From Synechococcus sp. A15-24 (GTDB lineage Bacteria; Cyanobacteriota; Cyanobacteriia; PCC-6307; Cyanobiaceae): 32,000 bases of DNA. The stretch is from the NCBI RefSeq assembly GCF_014280195.1, contig NZ_CP047960.1, forward strand, positions 1,920,001-1,952,000, read 5' to 3'. Below, piece after piece: positions 24,248-32,000 of the stretch. Made by a program: the position numbers and the translations under genes. The notes under the pieces were generated by a model. The model was not told the DNA's origin and searched no databases. It saw only the letters and a list, made by a program, of their open reading frames with translations. Each line of letters starts with the position of its first letter. The stretch's first letter is position 1.

Positions 24248-25999
24248 ATGATGGGAACTCAATGCTCCCGGCCGGTGCTGCGACTCGAAAACGTCAGCAA
24301 GATCTATCCGACCGGGGAGGTGCTGCGCAACGTCACCTGGGAGGTCAAGCCAGGGGATCGCATCGGCCTGGTCGGCGTCAACGGTGCCGGCAAGTCCACC
24401 CAGATGCGCCTGATTGCTGGGCAGGAGGAACCCAGTAGCGGCCAGGTGGTGCGTCAGGGCGATCCGCGAATCGCCTTTCTGCAACAGGAATTTGACGTCA
24501 ATCCCGAGCGCAGCGTGCGCGAGGAACTGTTTCAGGCCTTCGGGGAAGCCGCCGTTGTTCTGAACCGCCAGCGGGAGGTAGAGGAGGCAATGGCATCCGA
24601 CAAGGCCACTGAGGATCCCGACCACCTCGATCAGCTCATCCATGAGCTGGGGAGGCTGCAAACCCGGTTTGAGGCTCTCCATGGCTACGAGCTGGATGCA
24701 CGAATCGACAAGCTCCTGCCGACGATCGGCTTCACGCCTGAAGGCGCAGAACAACTGGTCAGCGACTACTCCGGCGGCTGGCAGATGCGCATCGCCCTGG
24801 GGAAAATCCTGCTGCAGGACCCTGACCTGCTGCTGCTGGATGAGCCCACCAACCACCTGGATGTCGAGACAATCCAATGGCTGGAGGGTTACCTGGTGGA
24901 GCAGACCGCGGCCCTGGTGGTGATCAGTCACGACCGCACCTTCCTGGATCGGGTCTGCAATCAGATCGTGTCCACCGAACGCGGCATCTCCCGCAGCTAT
25001 CTGGGCAACTACACAGCCCACCTCGAACAGAAACAACTGGAACAGGAGGCCACCCAGGCCGCCTTCGAACGCCAGCAGAAGGAGATTGCCACCCAGCAGG
25101 CCTACATCGATCGCTTCCGCGCCAGCGCCACCCGCAGCACCCAGGCCAAAAGCCGCGAGAAACAGCTGGACAAAGTGGAGCTGGTTGAGGCTCCGATCGA
25201 ATCGGTCTCAGGCCCCAGCTTTCGCTTCCCACCGGCCCCCCGCTCCGGGGCGCAGGTGGCGGTGATTGACAACCTCTGCCACAGCTATGGGGAAAAAATC
25301 CTGTTCCTCGGCGCTGAACTGGAGGTGGAGCGCGGCGATCGGATTGCCTTCGTCGGCCCCAATGGAGCCGGAAAATCCACCCTGCTACGCCTGGTGATGG
25401 GGACCGAAACCCCTGACGAGGGCAGCGCGCGACTTGGGGAACACAACGTGGTGGCCCGCTATTTCGAACAGAACCAGGCCGAAGCCCTTGACCTGAACAA
25501 AACCGTCATCGACACAATGTTCGAAGCGGTGCCCGACTGGACGCAAACCCAGGTGCGCTCCCTGCTCGGCAATTTCTGCTTTAGCAACGATTCCGTGTTC
25601 AAAGAGGTGGGCAAGCTGAGCGGTGGTGAGAAGGCTCGCCTGGCGCTTGCCCTGATGCTGTTGAGCCCCTGCAACCTGCTGGTGCTGGACGAGCCCACCA
25701 ACCATCTGGACATCCCGGCCAAACAGATGCTGGAGGATGCGCTCCGTGAGTTCGAAGGGGCTGTGCTGGTGGTCTCCCACGACCGCTACTTCATCTCCAG
25801 AGTTGCCAACCGGATCGTGGAATTGCGCGACGGCGAACTGGTGCTGTACCGCGGCGATTACGCCTACTACCTCGAGAAAAAAGAGGAGGAAAGGGCTGAA
25901 GAACGGGAGAAACAACTGGCTGCGGAGCAGGAAGCCAAACACAAGGCCAACCGGGACAAGCAGAAAGCACGTCAGGAGCGCCGCAAAAAAGCGGCCTGA
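24248..25999 (+). CDS. ABC-F family ATPase (two ABC domains, no membrane domain; Uup/YheS-like)
   Basis: Two Walker A motifs (GVNGAGKST, GPNGAGKST), two signature motifs (YSGGWQMR, LSGGEKAR) and two Walker B motifs (LLLLDEPTNHLD, LLVLDEPTNHLD). Lys/Glu-rich C-terminal coiled coil. Confidence 0.92.
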   Translation: MMGTQCSRPVLRLENVSKIYPTGEVLRNVTWEVKPGDRIGLVGVNGAGKSTQMRLIAGQEEPSSGQVVRQGDPRIAFLQQEFDVNPERSVREELFQAFGEAAVVLNRQREVEEAMASDKATEDPDHLDQLIHELGRLQTRFEALHGYELDARIDKLLPTIGFTPEGAEQLVSDYSGGWQMRIALGKILLQDPDLLLLDEPTNHLDVETIQWLEGYLVEQTAALVVISHDRTFLDRVCNQIVSTERGISRSYLGNYTAHLEQKQLEQEATQAAFERQQKEIATQQAYIDRFRASATRSTQAKSREKQLDKVELVEAPIESVSGPSFRFPPAPRSGAQVAVIDNLCHSYGEKILFLGAELEVERGDRIAFVGPNGAGKSTLLRLVMGTETPDEGSARLGEHNVVARYFEQNQAEALDLNKTVIDTMFEAVPDWTQTQVRSLLGNFCFSNDSVFKEVGKLSGGEKARLALALMLLSPCNLLVLDEPTNHLDIPAKQMLEDALREFEGAVLVVSHDRYFISRVANRIVELRDGELVLYRGDYAYYLEKKEEERAEEREKQLAAEQEAKHKANRDKQKARQERRKKAA

Positions 26000-26112
26000 C
26001 CAGCATTCTTGCCAAATCGGGGGAAACTTCACAGACCCTTAGGCAGGACAACTCATTTCGCTTTACCCAGCCATTACGTGTGCATAGGCTGACAAAACTG
26101 ATCCCCGCCGCG

Positions 26113-26289
26113 ATGACAATGGTCTCCCGCCCCAGCAGCCACGACCATGCCGCGAATGGGGGCGCCCCCCACGAGCAGACCTGGGACGCCGTGGAGACCT
26201 ACTTCGAGTGCATCACCACCTGCTCCCTCGATGACGGGGAATGCATCACCCGCTGCGTTGATCAACTGCGGGACAACGATGACGCCTGA
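26113..26289 (+). CDS. Small acidic Cys-repeat protein (58 aa from ATG; 69 aa from GTG 26080)
   Basis: ETYFECITTCSLDDGECITRCVDQLRDNDDA contains two ECIT(T/R)C units 11 codons apart. G/C-biased third positions. No family recognised. Confidence 0.45.
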   Translation: MTMVSRPSSHDHAANGGAPHEQTWDAVETYFECITTCSLDDGECITRCVDQLRDNDDA

Positions 26290-26310
26290 GCGCAGCGCGA
26301 CAGCGTCGGC

Positions 26311-27435
26311 TTAAGCGGCGAGATCCATTGGCGTCATCGACACCGTGAGCGTTGTCTCGCCTCGCTTGATCGACAGGGTCAGTTGCCGTCCAACGCCATT
26401 GCGTTCAATAGCGGCCACCACCTGCGTGGGGCTGGCTGTGGCCACACCATTGATGGCAGTGATCACGTCGTCGGGCTTCAGGCCAGCGCCGGCTGCGGGA
26501 GCACCGGGCTGAACGGAACGGATCACAGGGCCCTGAGGACCAGCCGCCAAGCCAACCCCGATCACGGGATGACTGGCTCGCCCCGTGTTGACCAATTGCT
26601 TGGCGATGCTGCGGGCCCGGTTGATCGGAATGGCAAAGCCGAGGCCAGCCCCGGGCCCCGAGCGGACCAGGGTGTTGATGCCGATCACCTCACCCTCCGC
26701 ATTGAGCAGCGGACCGCCGGAGTTGCCGGGGTTGATCGCTGCATCGGTCTGGATCAGATCCAACCGCTTTCCGGAAATTCCCAGCTGGGCCACATTCCGG
26801 TTGAGGTTGCTGATGATGCCCATGGTCACGGTGTTTTCCAACCCGTATGGGTTGCCAACGGCAATCGCCCAGTCGCCCACCTTCAATCGATCGGAATCCC
26901 CCAGGGCGGCGATGGGCCAAGGCCCCTTGCCCTCCAGCCGCACCACGGCCAGATCCGTGAGACTGTCCTTGCCGACCACCTTGGCTTCAACGCTCCGCCC
27001 GTCAGTGAGCTCCACCTGAAGCGTGTCAGCCCCCTCCACGACGTGGGCATTGGTGAGCACCAGCCCCTCGGCATCAAAGATCACACCGCTCCCCTGACCG
27101 CGTTGCACTCGAGAACGTGGGGCTGAAGCCCCAGGCACTCCGAAGAAATGACGGAAGAGTGGATCCATCAGCAGACCTTTCGGCAGGCCCGTCATGCCTG
27201 AGCTGGTGACCGTTCGAGCCGTTTCCAGCGTGACCACCGCCGGACCGCTGCGCTCCACAGCCGCCGCAACGAAGGACTGGCGGGACAAGCCTGAGGGGGC
27301 GGACCTGGACTGGGCGCGTGATGCCGAGGGCAGCCATCCCTGAACAGTCACAGCACTAAGAACAGCTCCCCCGAGCAGCAACGAGGCAAGGGCGGGCATG
27401 GTCTTGGCAGGGGGAATCGACGTCACGGATGTCAT
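26311..27435 (-). CDS. HtrA/DegP-family periplasmic serine protease with one PDZ domain
   Basis: Catalytic triad contexts TNAHVVEG, DLAVVRL, GNSGGPLLN, and a C-terminal PDZ domain (VQPGAPAAGAGLKPDDVITAINGV). The ATG at 27435 gives a signal-like N-terminus (MTSVTSIPPAKTMPALASLLLGGAVLSAV). The ORF is open to 27564. Confidence 0.88.
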   Translation of the reverse strand: MTSVTSIPPAKTMPALASLLLGGAVLSAVTVQGWLPSASRAQSRSAPSGLSRQSFVAAAVERSGPAVVTLETARTVTSSGMTGLPKGLLMDPLFRHFFGVPGASAPRSRVQRGQGSGVIFDAEGLVLTNAHVVEGADTLQVELTDGRSVEAKVVGKDSLTDLAVVRLEGKGPWPIAALGDSDRLKVGDWAIAVGNPYGLENTVTMGIISNLNRNVAQLGISGKRLDLIQTDAAINPGNSGGPLLNAEGEVIGINTLVRSGPGAGLGFAIPINRARSIAKQLVNTGRASHPVIGVGLAAGPQGPVIRSVQPGAPAAGAGLKPDDVITAINGVATASPTQVVAAIERNGVGRQLTLSIKRGETTLTVSMTPMDLAA

Positions 27436-27565
27436 GGATGCCGCTCTGACCGTAGGAAGCGGTTTGGGGTGCCAACAAGCCCCGAAACGGTCAGAGCTAT
27501 GACCAGGTGCAACCACCCCCGCCCTCGGCCCGTCAGGATGAGAGGGCTGGACGTGCCGGCTCACG

Positions 27566-27823
27566 ATGCTCAGTTCCCTTTTTCCTCTGCTCTACGGCAC
27601 GATTTTTGTGGCCCTGCTCTGGCAAGCCTTCCGGGTGATGGGTAAAGGCTTCCGCGCGGCCAGTGGCCCGATTGCGGAACCAAACGATCGGACAGGCCGC
27701 GTCACCGTGCACCCGGAGCTCTTGGACAACGAGGGCAAAATCACCGATGAAGCCTTGTTGACAGTGCGTTTTAGTGGTGACGATGACTCCCAGGAGGAAG
27801 CCCCCGGACCTGGCGCTGAATAA
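27566..27823 (+). CDS. Small conserved-looking membrane protein (85 aa)
   Basis: ATG start. One N-terminal TM helix (LFPLLYGTIFVALLWQAF) and an acidic C-terminus. Coding-like codon bias. Family not confidently recognised. Confidence 0.5.
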   Translation: MLSSLFPLLYGTIFVALLWQAFRVMGKGFRAASGPIAEPNDRTGRVTVHPELLDNEGKITDEALLTVRFSGDDDSQEEAPGPGAE

Positions 27824-27881
27824 GTTGGGACATTGATGCCTATACGGGGTATCAACCAGGAAACGATCAGGGGACGTCCGA

Positions 27882-28265
27882 GTGGATCAGAAAACACGCA
27901 TCGTTGCTGCTGTGATCAAAGGGGTGAAGTTGCCTCCCCGTTTCAGGTTGCGCCTGCTGAAGGAAGACCCCGTGCGGTTGGAGCTGAGCCTCACCCCCGC
28001 CTACGGCAAGGACCCAGTGACGGTTGGATTGGTGGAGTCACTCGACCTGGTGGCCCGACGTGACCGCGAGGGCCGGATCCCTCGGGACCTGCAGGGGACC
28101 TGGGACTGGACTGTGCGCCATGGCCAGGTGAGCACCGGGGGCTGGAACCCCTATCTGAAGGAGGCCCTGCAGACGATGTTTGAAACCGGCCTGCCCGCCA
28201 TTGTTTTCGAAGAATTGACCGGCGAGGAATACCACCCCGTCGATGGCACCCGGCACGTGCGCTGA
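27882..28265 (+). CDS. Hypothetical soluble protein (127 aa)
   Basis: GTG start, uninterrupted ORF with G/C-biased third positions. No motif recognised. Confidence 0.5.
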   Translation: MDQKTRIVAAVIKGVKLPPRFRLRLLKEDPVRLELSLTPAYGKDPVTVGLVESLDLVARRDREGRIPRDLQGTWDWTVRHGQVSTGGWNPYLKEALQTMFETGLPAIVFEELTGEEYHPVDGTRHVR

Positions 28266-28466
28266 CGCACCCAGGCGACCCGGATGTGAAGCCGTGCGAA
28301 CCGCGACAGCGGAAGCGTTCAAGCCGAGCTAGGACGGAATTGCTTCGGCCTTTAAGGTTTTCTTCATGGTCAATCCCGCGATATCCGTGGGCCCATTGGT
28401 CCGGCTCTTAACAGCCCTGGGAGCCATCAGCAGTTTGCTGCTGATGGCGTTGCTCAACCTCGTGCG

Positions 28467-30986
28467 TTGACACTCAAACCCAGGCAGGACGCTTATCCGA
28501 TCGATGCGCTCATGCCTGAGCTGTGCAACCGATTCCAGCCAGGCCGCACGTTGTTGCTCCAAGCCCCGCCTGGCGCAGGAAAAACCACCCGGGTTCCCCT
28601 TGCCCTGATCGGTGCCCTGGGGGATGAGATCCGCAGGGACGGGCGGATCTGGATGATTGAACCCCGCCGGCTGGCGGCTCGGGCCGCTGCAGCCCGCCTG
28701 GCCGCCAGCCTCGAGGAAGAGGTTGGACAACGGATTGGCTTCGCCGTGCGTGGTGAGCAGCGGCGATCCGCCCGAACCCAGGTGGAGGTCATCACCGACG
28801 GCCTCTTTCTGCGACGGCTGCAGGCGGATCCCTCCCTGGACGGGGTGAGCTGTGTGCTGTTTGACGAATTTCACGAACGGCGCCGCGATGCCGACCTCGC
28901 CTTCGCCCTGCTGCGGGAAGCAGCCCCTCTGCTGCGGCCGGACCTGAGCCTGATGCTGATGTCAGCCACCTTGGACATCACCGACCTGCGATCAAGGCTG
29001 CCCGAGGCCACGGTGCTGACCAGCGAAGGACGAGCCCACCCTGTCGACACCCTGCACCAACCGCCGCGAGCGGACGAACCGCTGCCACAGCAAGTGCTCC
29101 GTGCCGTGGAGACCCATGGCCTTGATCTCCCGAAAGGCAGTGGAGTGTTGGTGTTTCTGCCTGGACTGGCAGAGATCGAGCGTTGCCGAGAACGGCTGGA
29201 GCACGCCAATGCCCTCAGGCACTGGCAGATCTGCCCCCTCCATGGCCAGCTGCCCCTGGAGCGCCAGAGCGATGCGCTGAAACGCTGCCCTGCCAACCGC
29301 GACGGCAAGCTGGTGCTGGCCAGTGGAATTGCCGAAAGCTCGGTCACCATTAACGGCGTGCGCTTGGTGATCGACAGCGGCCTGAGCCGGCAGCTGCGCT
29401 TCGATCCAAACACCGGCATGGAGGGCCTCGAGACCGTTCCCGCCAGCCTTGCGAGTGCGGATCAACGACGCGGCAGGGCGGGACGCCAGGGACCTGGTTG
29501 CTGCGTCCGGTTGTGGTCTCCAGCCGAGCAAAAACGACGCCCCAGCTTCAGCCCACCGGAACTGCTGCTGGCGGACCCCCAACCGGTGGTGATGGAGCTG
29601 GCGGGATGGGGCGCAGGGCTGGGTGATGCACTCCCCTGGCTGGATCCACCACCCCAAGCGGCCCTGCGAGAGGGGCAAGGGGAGCTGAAAAGCCTCGGCA
29701 TCCTTGACAGGGACGGCCGCTTCACCGCCATCGGCCAGCAGCTGACGCAGCTGGGGGTCCACCCACGCCTTGGTCTGTTGATGGTGGAAGCTCAGCGCCA
29801 TGGCCGCAGCCGGCTTGGCTGCGATCTGGCCGCCCTCCTGAGTGACCGGGATCCCCTGTCTGGAGCGGAGGTGGGCTGCGACCTTGAAGCCCGCCTCGAG
29901 GCCATGCGCGAGCAGAAGCGTTGCAAGCCCCTGCGGGAGCTGAGCCGTCAACTGAAGCGACAACTGGCACGCCTGGAGATCGATCCCGATGCCGAGAGCA
30001 CGGGCATCGACAGCGCCCAATTGATCCTCACCGCCTTCCCCAGCTGGCTCGCTTTGCAACGGCCCGGACAAACGGGGCGCTACCGACTGCGCCAGGGTCG
30101 TGGGGCCATCCTTCGCCCAGCAGACCCCCTGGCCGGCTCTGAGGCCCTGGCGGTGGCCAGGCTGGACATGGGCCAACGGGACACGAGGATCCAGCTGGCG
30201 GTGCCCCTCAGCCGTCAACGGGTGGAGAAGCTGGCTCTTGAGCAAGGGGAATGGCTGGATCAGGTCACCTGGGATGACAAGTCAGAGCGGATTCGGGCCG
30301 AACGTCAGCTGAAGCTGGGGGCGCTGGTGCTTCGCCAGGAGGCGCAACCGGCTCCACCGGCCGAGCAGTGCCGAGATCTTCTGCTCAGCCGCTTCAGAGA
30401 ATCCGGACGGCTGGAGCTGCTGCCCTGGTCAGACAGCTGTGAACAACTGCGTCGACGTCTGGCGCTGGCGCACCGCCACCGAGGGGCTCCATGGCCGAGC
30501 CGGGATCGCATCGCACTGATTGAGCATCCCGAGCAGTGGCTGGGGCCCTGCCTGGAAGGATGCCTCAGCTGGCAAGACCTGGATGAACTCAGCCTGCAGG
30601 AGGCCCTCTGGGGTGAGCTGAGCTGGGAGCAACGCCAGCAGCTAAATCGGCTGCTGCCCCTGCGCCTGAGCATCCCCTCCGGCCGTGAAGCAACGCTTCG
30701 CTACGAGGATGAGGAGGTGGTGCTTGCTGTGAAATTGCAAGAAATGTTCGGCTGCCAGGAAGGGCCGACCGTTCTCGACAACCAGCTGGCGGTGACCATT
30801 GAACTGCTCTCTCCCGCCGGTCGCCCCCTACAACGAACCCGCGATCTCAGAGGCTTCTGGCAGGGCAGCTACAGCGACGTACGCCGCGAGATGCGCGGCC
30901 GCTATCCCAAACATCCCTGGCCTGACAACCCGCTGGAGGCGACCGCAACAGCCTTCACCAAGCGACGATCTGCTACCAGGAAGTAA
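28467..30986 (+). CDS. hrpB: ATP-dependent RNA helicase HrpB (DEAH-box)
   Basis: Walker A APPGAGKTT, DEFHERR (DEAH box), SATLD, helicase C motifs (LVFLPG, IAESSVTINGV, QRRGRAGR), and an HrpB C-terminal domain ending RGRYPKHPWPDNP. TTG start. Confidence 0.9.
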   Translation: MTLKPRQDAYPIDALMPELCNRFQPGRTLLLQAPPGAGKTTRVPLALIGALGDEIRRDGRIWMIEPRRLAARAAAARLAASLEEEVGQRIGFAVRGEQRRSARTQVEVITDGLFLRRLQADPSLDGVSCVLFDEFHERRRDADLAFALLREAAPLLRPDLSLMLMSATLDITDLRSRLPEATVLTSEGRAHPVDTLHQPPRADEPLPQQVLRAVETHGLDLPKGSGVLVFLPGLAEIERCRERLEHANALRHWQICPLHGQLPLERQSDALKRCPANRDGKLVLASGIAESSVTINGVRLVIDSGLSRQLRFDPNTGMEGLETVPASLASADQRRGRAGRQGPGCCVRLWSPAEQKRRPSFSPPELLLADPQPVVMELAGWGAGLGDALPWLDPPPQAALREGQGELKSLGILDRDGRFTAIGQQLTQLGVHPRLGLLMVEAQRHGRSRLGCDLAALLSDRDPLSGAEVGCDLEARLEAMREQKRCKPLRELSRQLKRQLARLEIDPDAESTGIDSAQLILTAFPSWLALQRPGQTGRYRLRQGRGAILRPADPLAGSEALAVARLDMGQRDTRIQLAVPLSRQRVEKLALEQGEWLDQVTWDDKSERIRAERQLKLGALVLRQEAQPAPPAEQCRDLLLSRFRESGRLELLPWSDSCEQLRRRLALAHRHRGAPWPSRDRIALIEHPEQWLGPCLEGCLSWQDLDELSLQEALWGELSWEQRQQLNRLLPLRLSIPSGREATLRYEDEEVVLAVKLQEMFGCQEGPTVLDNQLAVTIELLSPAGRPLQRTRDLRGFWQGSYSDVRREMRGRYPKHPWPDNPLEATATAFTKRRSATRK

Positions 30987-31024
30987 ACAACTCCGAGTGT
31001 CGCCGCAAGCACTGGCAACAAAAG

Positions 31025-31048
31025 TCCAACCTTTGTTACATTTGGTGT
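31025..31048 (+). promoter_or_regulatory. Candidate light-responsive promoter element upstream of hli (copy of the psbA upstream element)
   Basis: TCCAACCTTTGTTACATTTGGTGT lies 22-45 nt upstream of the hli ATG. It differs from 197-219 by three single-position changes (two 1-nt indels and one adjacent C/T difference) and contains TACATT. Confidence 0.4.
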
Positions 31049-31069
31049 ATCCACAACTGGTTCTCCTCC

Positions 31070-31210
31070 ATGTCTGACAACGCACGCTTCGGCTTCGTCA
31101 ACTTCGCTGAAACCTGGAACGGCCGTCTGGCCATGATGGGCTTCGTCATCGGCCTCGGCACTGAGCTGCTGACCGGCCAGGGCATCCTGTCCCAAATCGG
31201 CCTCGGCTGA
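31070..31210 (+). CDS. hli: High-light-inducible protein (HLIP, one-helix chlorophyll-binding protein, 46 aa)
   Basis: Hand translation: MSDNARFGFVNFAETWNGRLAMMGFVIGLGTELLTGQGILSQIGLG. It carries the E-x-x-N-G-R-x-A-M-x-G-F chlorophyll-binding motif. It is absent from the ORF track because it is under 60 aa. Confidence 0.9.
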   Translation: MSDNARFGFVNFAETWNGRLAMMGFVIGLGTELLTGQGILSQIGLG

Positions 31211-31225
31211 TCCTTCGCGATATAC

Positions 31226-31259
31226 AAAAGCCCCTTCGGCCAGGCCGAGGGGCTTTTTT
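31226..31259 (+). terminator. Rho-independent terminator of hli
   Basis: AAAA-GCCCCTTCGG-CCAGG-CCGAGGGGC-TTTTTT. GC-rich stem with one bulged T and a T6 tail. Confidence 0.7.
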
Positions 31260-31292
31260 GATGTCTGCTCATCCGCTCCTTGATGGTCCACA

Positions 31293-31493
31293 GTGGACCT
31301 CCGCGACCCAACAGCCTTGGCACCGCTTTACGTTCAGAACCGTCGTGATGGCTCCAGGTTGCTGAGCAGTGCCCTGGTGATTTTCACCATCGCCGCAACC
31401 CAACTCCACCAAGCCTGGGGAGCAGCCGTGGCCATGATCAGCGCCGTGGTTTGCCTGTACTGGGGTTTCGCCTACCGACGTCTTGAGCGCTGA
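31293..31493 (+). CDS. Possible small two-helix membrane protein (66 aa)
   Basis: GTG start. Hydrophobic stretches LLSSALVIFTIAATQL and AAVAMISAVVCLYWGFAY. It overlaps the xseA start by 11 nt. No family recognised. Confidence 0.35.
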   Translation: MDLRDPTALAPLYVQNRRDGSRLLSSALVIFTIAATQLHQAWGAAVAMISAVVCLYWGFAYRRLER

Positions 31494-32000
31494 CCGGATC
31501 CCCAGCTTTTCCGTCGCGGAACTCAACGCCGCCGTCGGCAACCTGCTGGAACGGGGCTTTGCTCCGCGCTTCCTGGTTGAAGCGACCGTCTCCAGGCCCC
31601 AGCTCAAAAAAGGCCACCTCTGGCTGACCCTCACCGATGGGGAGGCAAGCATCTCGGCAGTGGCGTGGGCATCCCAGCTGCGGCAGCTCCGTTATCGGCC
31701 GGAAGACGGCGACGGGGTGACCGTGGTCGGCAAGCTGAATTTCTGGGCTGCACGAGCCAGTCTCAACGTCCAGGTGCTGGACATCCGCCCGAGCCTGAGC
31801 ACCGTGCTGCGGCAGTTCGAGCTGGTGCGTCGCCGGCTGGAGGAGGCGGGGTTGCTCGATGTCACACGCCGCCGACCGCTTCCGCGGCAACCAAAAACAC
31901 TGGCGGTCTTGACCAGCGTTCCCAGCTCCGCCTTGGCGGACATGCTTCGTACCGCCTCTGAACGTTGGCCGATGACACGCCTGCTGGTGGTGCCGATCCC
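31483..32000 (+). CDS. xseA: Exodeoxyribonuclease VII large subunit, 5' part (continues beyond the window)
   Basis: Hand translation from TTG 31483: SADRIPSFSVAELNAAVGNLLERGFAPRFLVEATVSRPQLKKGHLWLTLTDGEASISAVAW...LNVQVLDIRPS...LAVLTSVPSSALADM. It is collinear with E. coli XseA (OB fold, then catalytic domain). It is not in the track because no stop codon falls inside the window. Confidence 0.85.
   Translation, partial: MSADRIPSFSVAELNAAVGNLLERGFAPRFLVEATVSRPQLKKGHLWLTLTDGEASISAVAWASQLRQLRYRPEDGDGVTVVGKLNFWAARASLNVQVLDIRPSLSTVLRQFELVRRRLEEAGLLDVTRRRPLPRQPKTLAVLTSVPSSALADMLRTASERWPMTRLLVVPI

Noticed and set aside
27436-27564. 43-codon N-terminal extension of the HtrA ORF
   Set aside because: The extension is not signal-peptide-like and would abut the divergent gene at 27566. 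The ATG at 27435 gives a typical exported-protease N-terminus.
28329-28874. 181-aa minus-strand ORF overlapping the hrpB 5' region
   Set aside because: Most of it is antisense to the Walker A/DEAH region of hrpB, and no motif was found.

Overview
High-GC chromosomal segment that looks like a marine picocyanobacterium of the Synechococcus type. This rests on a canonical psbA, a 46-aa high-light-inducible protein, strongly G/C-biased third codon positions, and cyanobacterial-style small conserved ORFs. The window is densely packed on both strands and mostly housekeeping. Gene order is: psbA (D1, E130 form); two small hypothetical genes; pgm; a minus-strand efflux operon (periplasmic adaptor, 1143-aa RND pump, 98-aa membrane ORF joined by a TGATG junction); a RarA/MgsA-type AAA ATPase with a ~300-aa C-terminal extension; a single-gene low-GC islet encoding a secreted DUF1400-like protein; a 170-aa secreted protein; an Sfp-type phosphopantetheinyl transferase; bcp/prxQ; coaX; cysH; a type-2 NAD(P)H dehydrogenase; hflX with a long N-terminal extension; a DASS/SLC13 permease with two RCK_C domains; ktrB-ktrA; anmK; a cluster of four small ORFs (RHH protein, Arg-rich protein, Nif11-like protein, single-pass membrane ORF); an ABC-F ATPase; a small Cys-repeat ORF; an HtrA/Deg protease; two small conserved ORFs; hrpB; hli; and the 5' part of xseA. 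I found no rRNA, tRNA, CRISPR array, transposase, integrase or recognisable defence or secondary-metabolite enzyme genes. Nothing here is a clear-cut new system. The most unusual items are: (i) a ~23-nt element shared by the psbA and hli upstream regions; (ii) a ~90-aa glycine-rich hydrophobic insertion in the RND pump, plus its translationally coupled small membrane ORF; (iii) the RarA fusion; (iv) the low-GC DUF1400 islet; (v) the small-ORF cluster containing a Nif11-like protein whose GG motif sits one residue before the stop. All functional calls come from motif recognition by eye. No database search was run.
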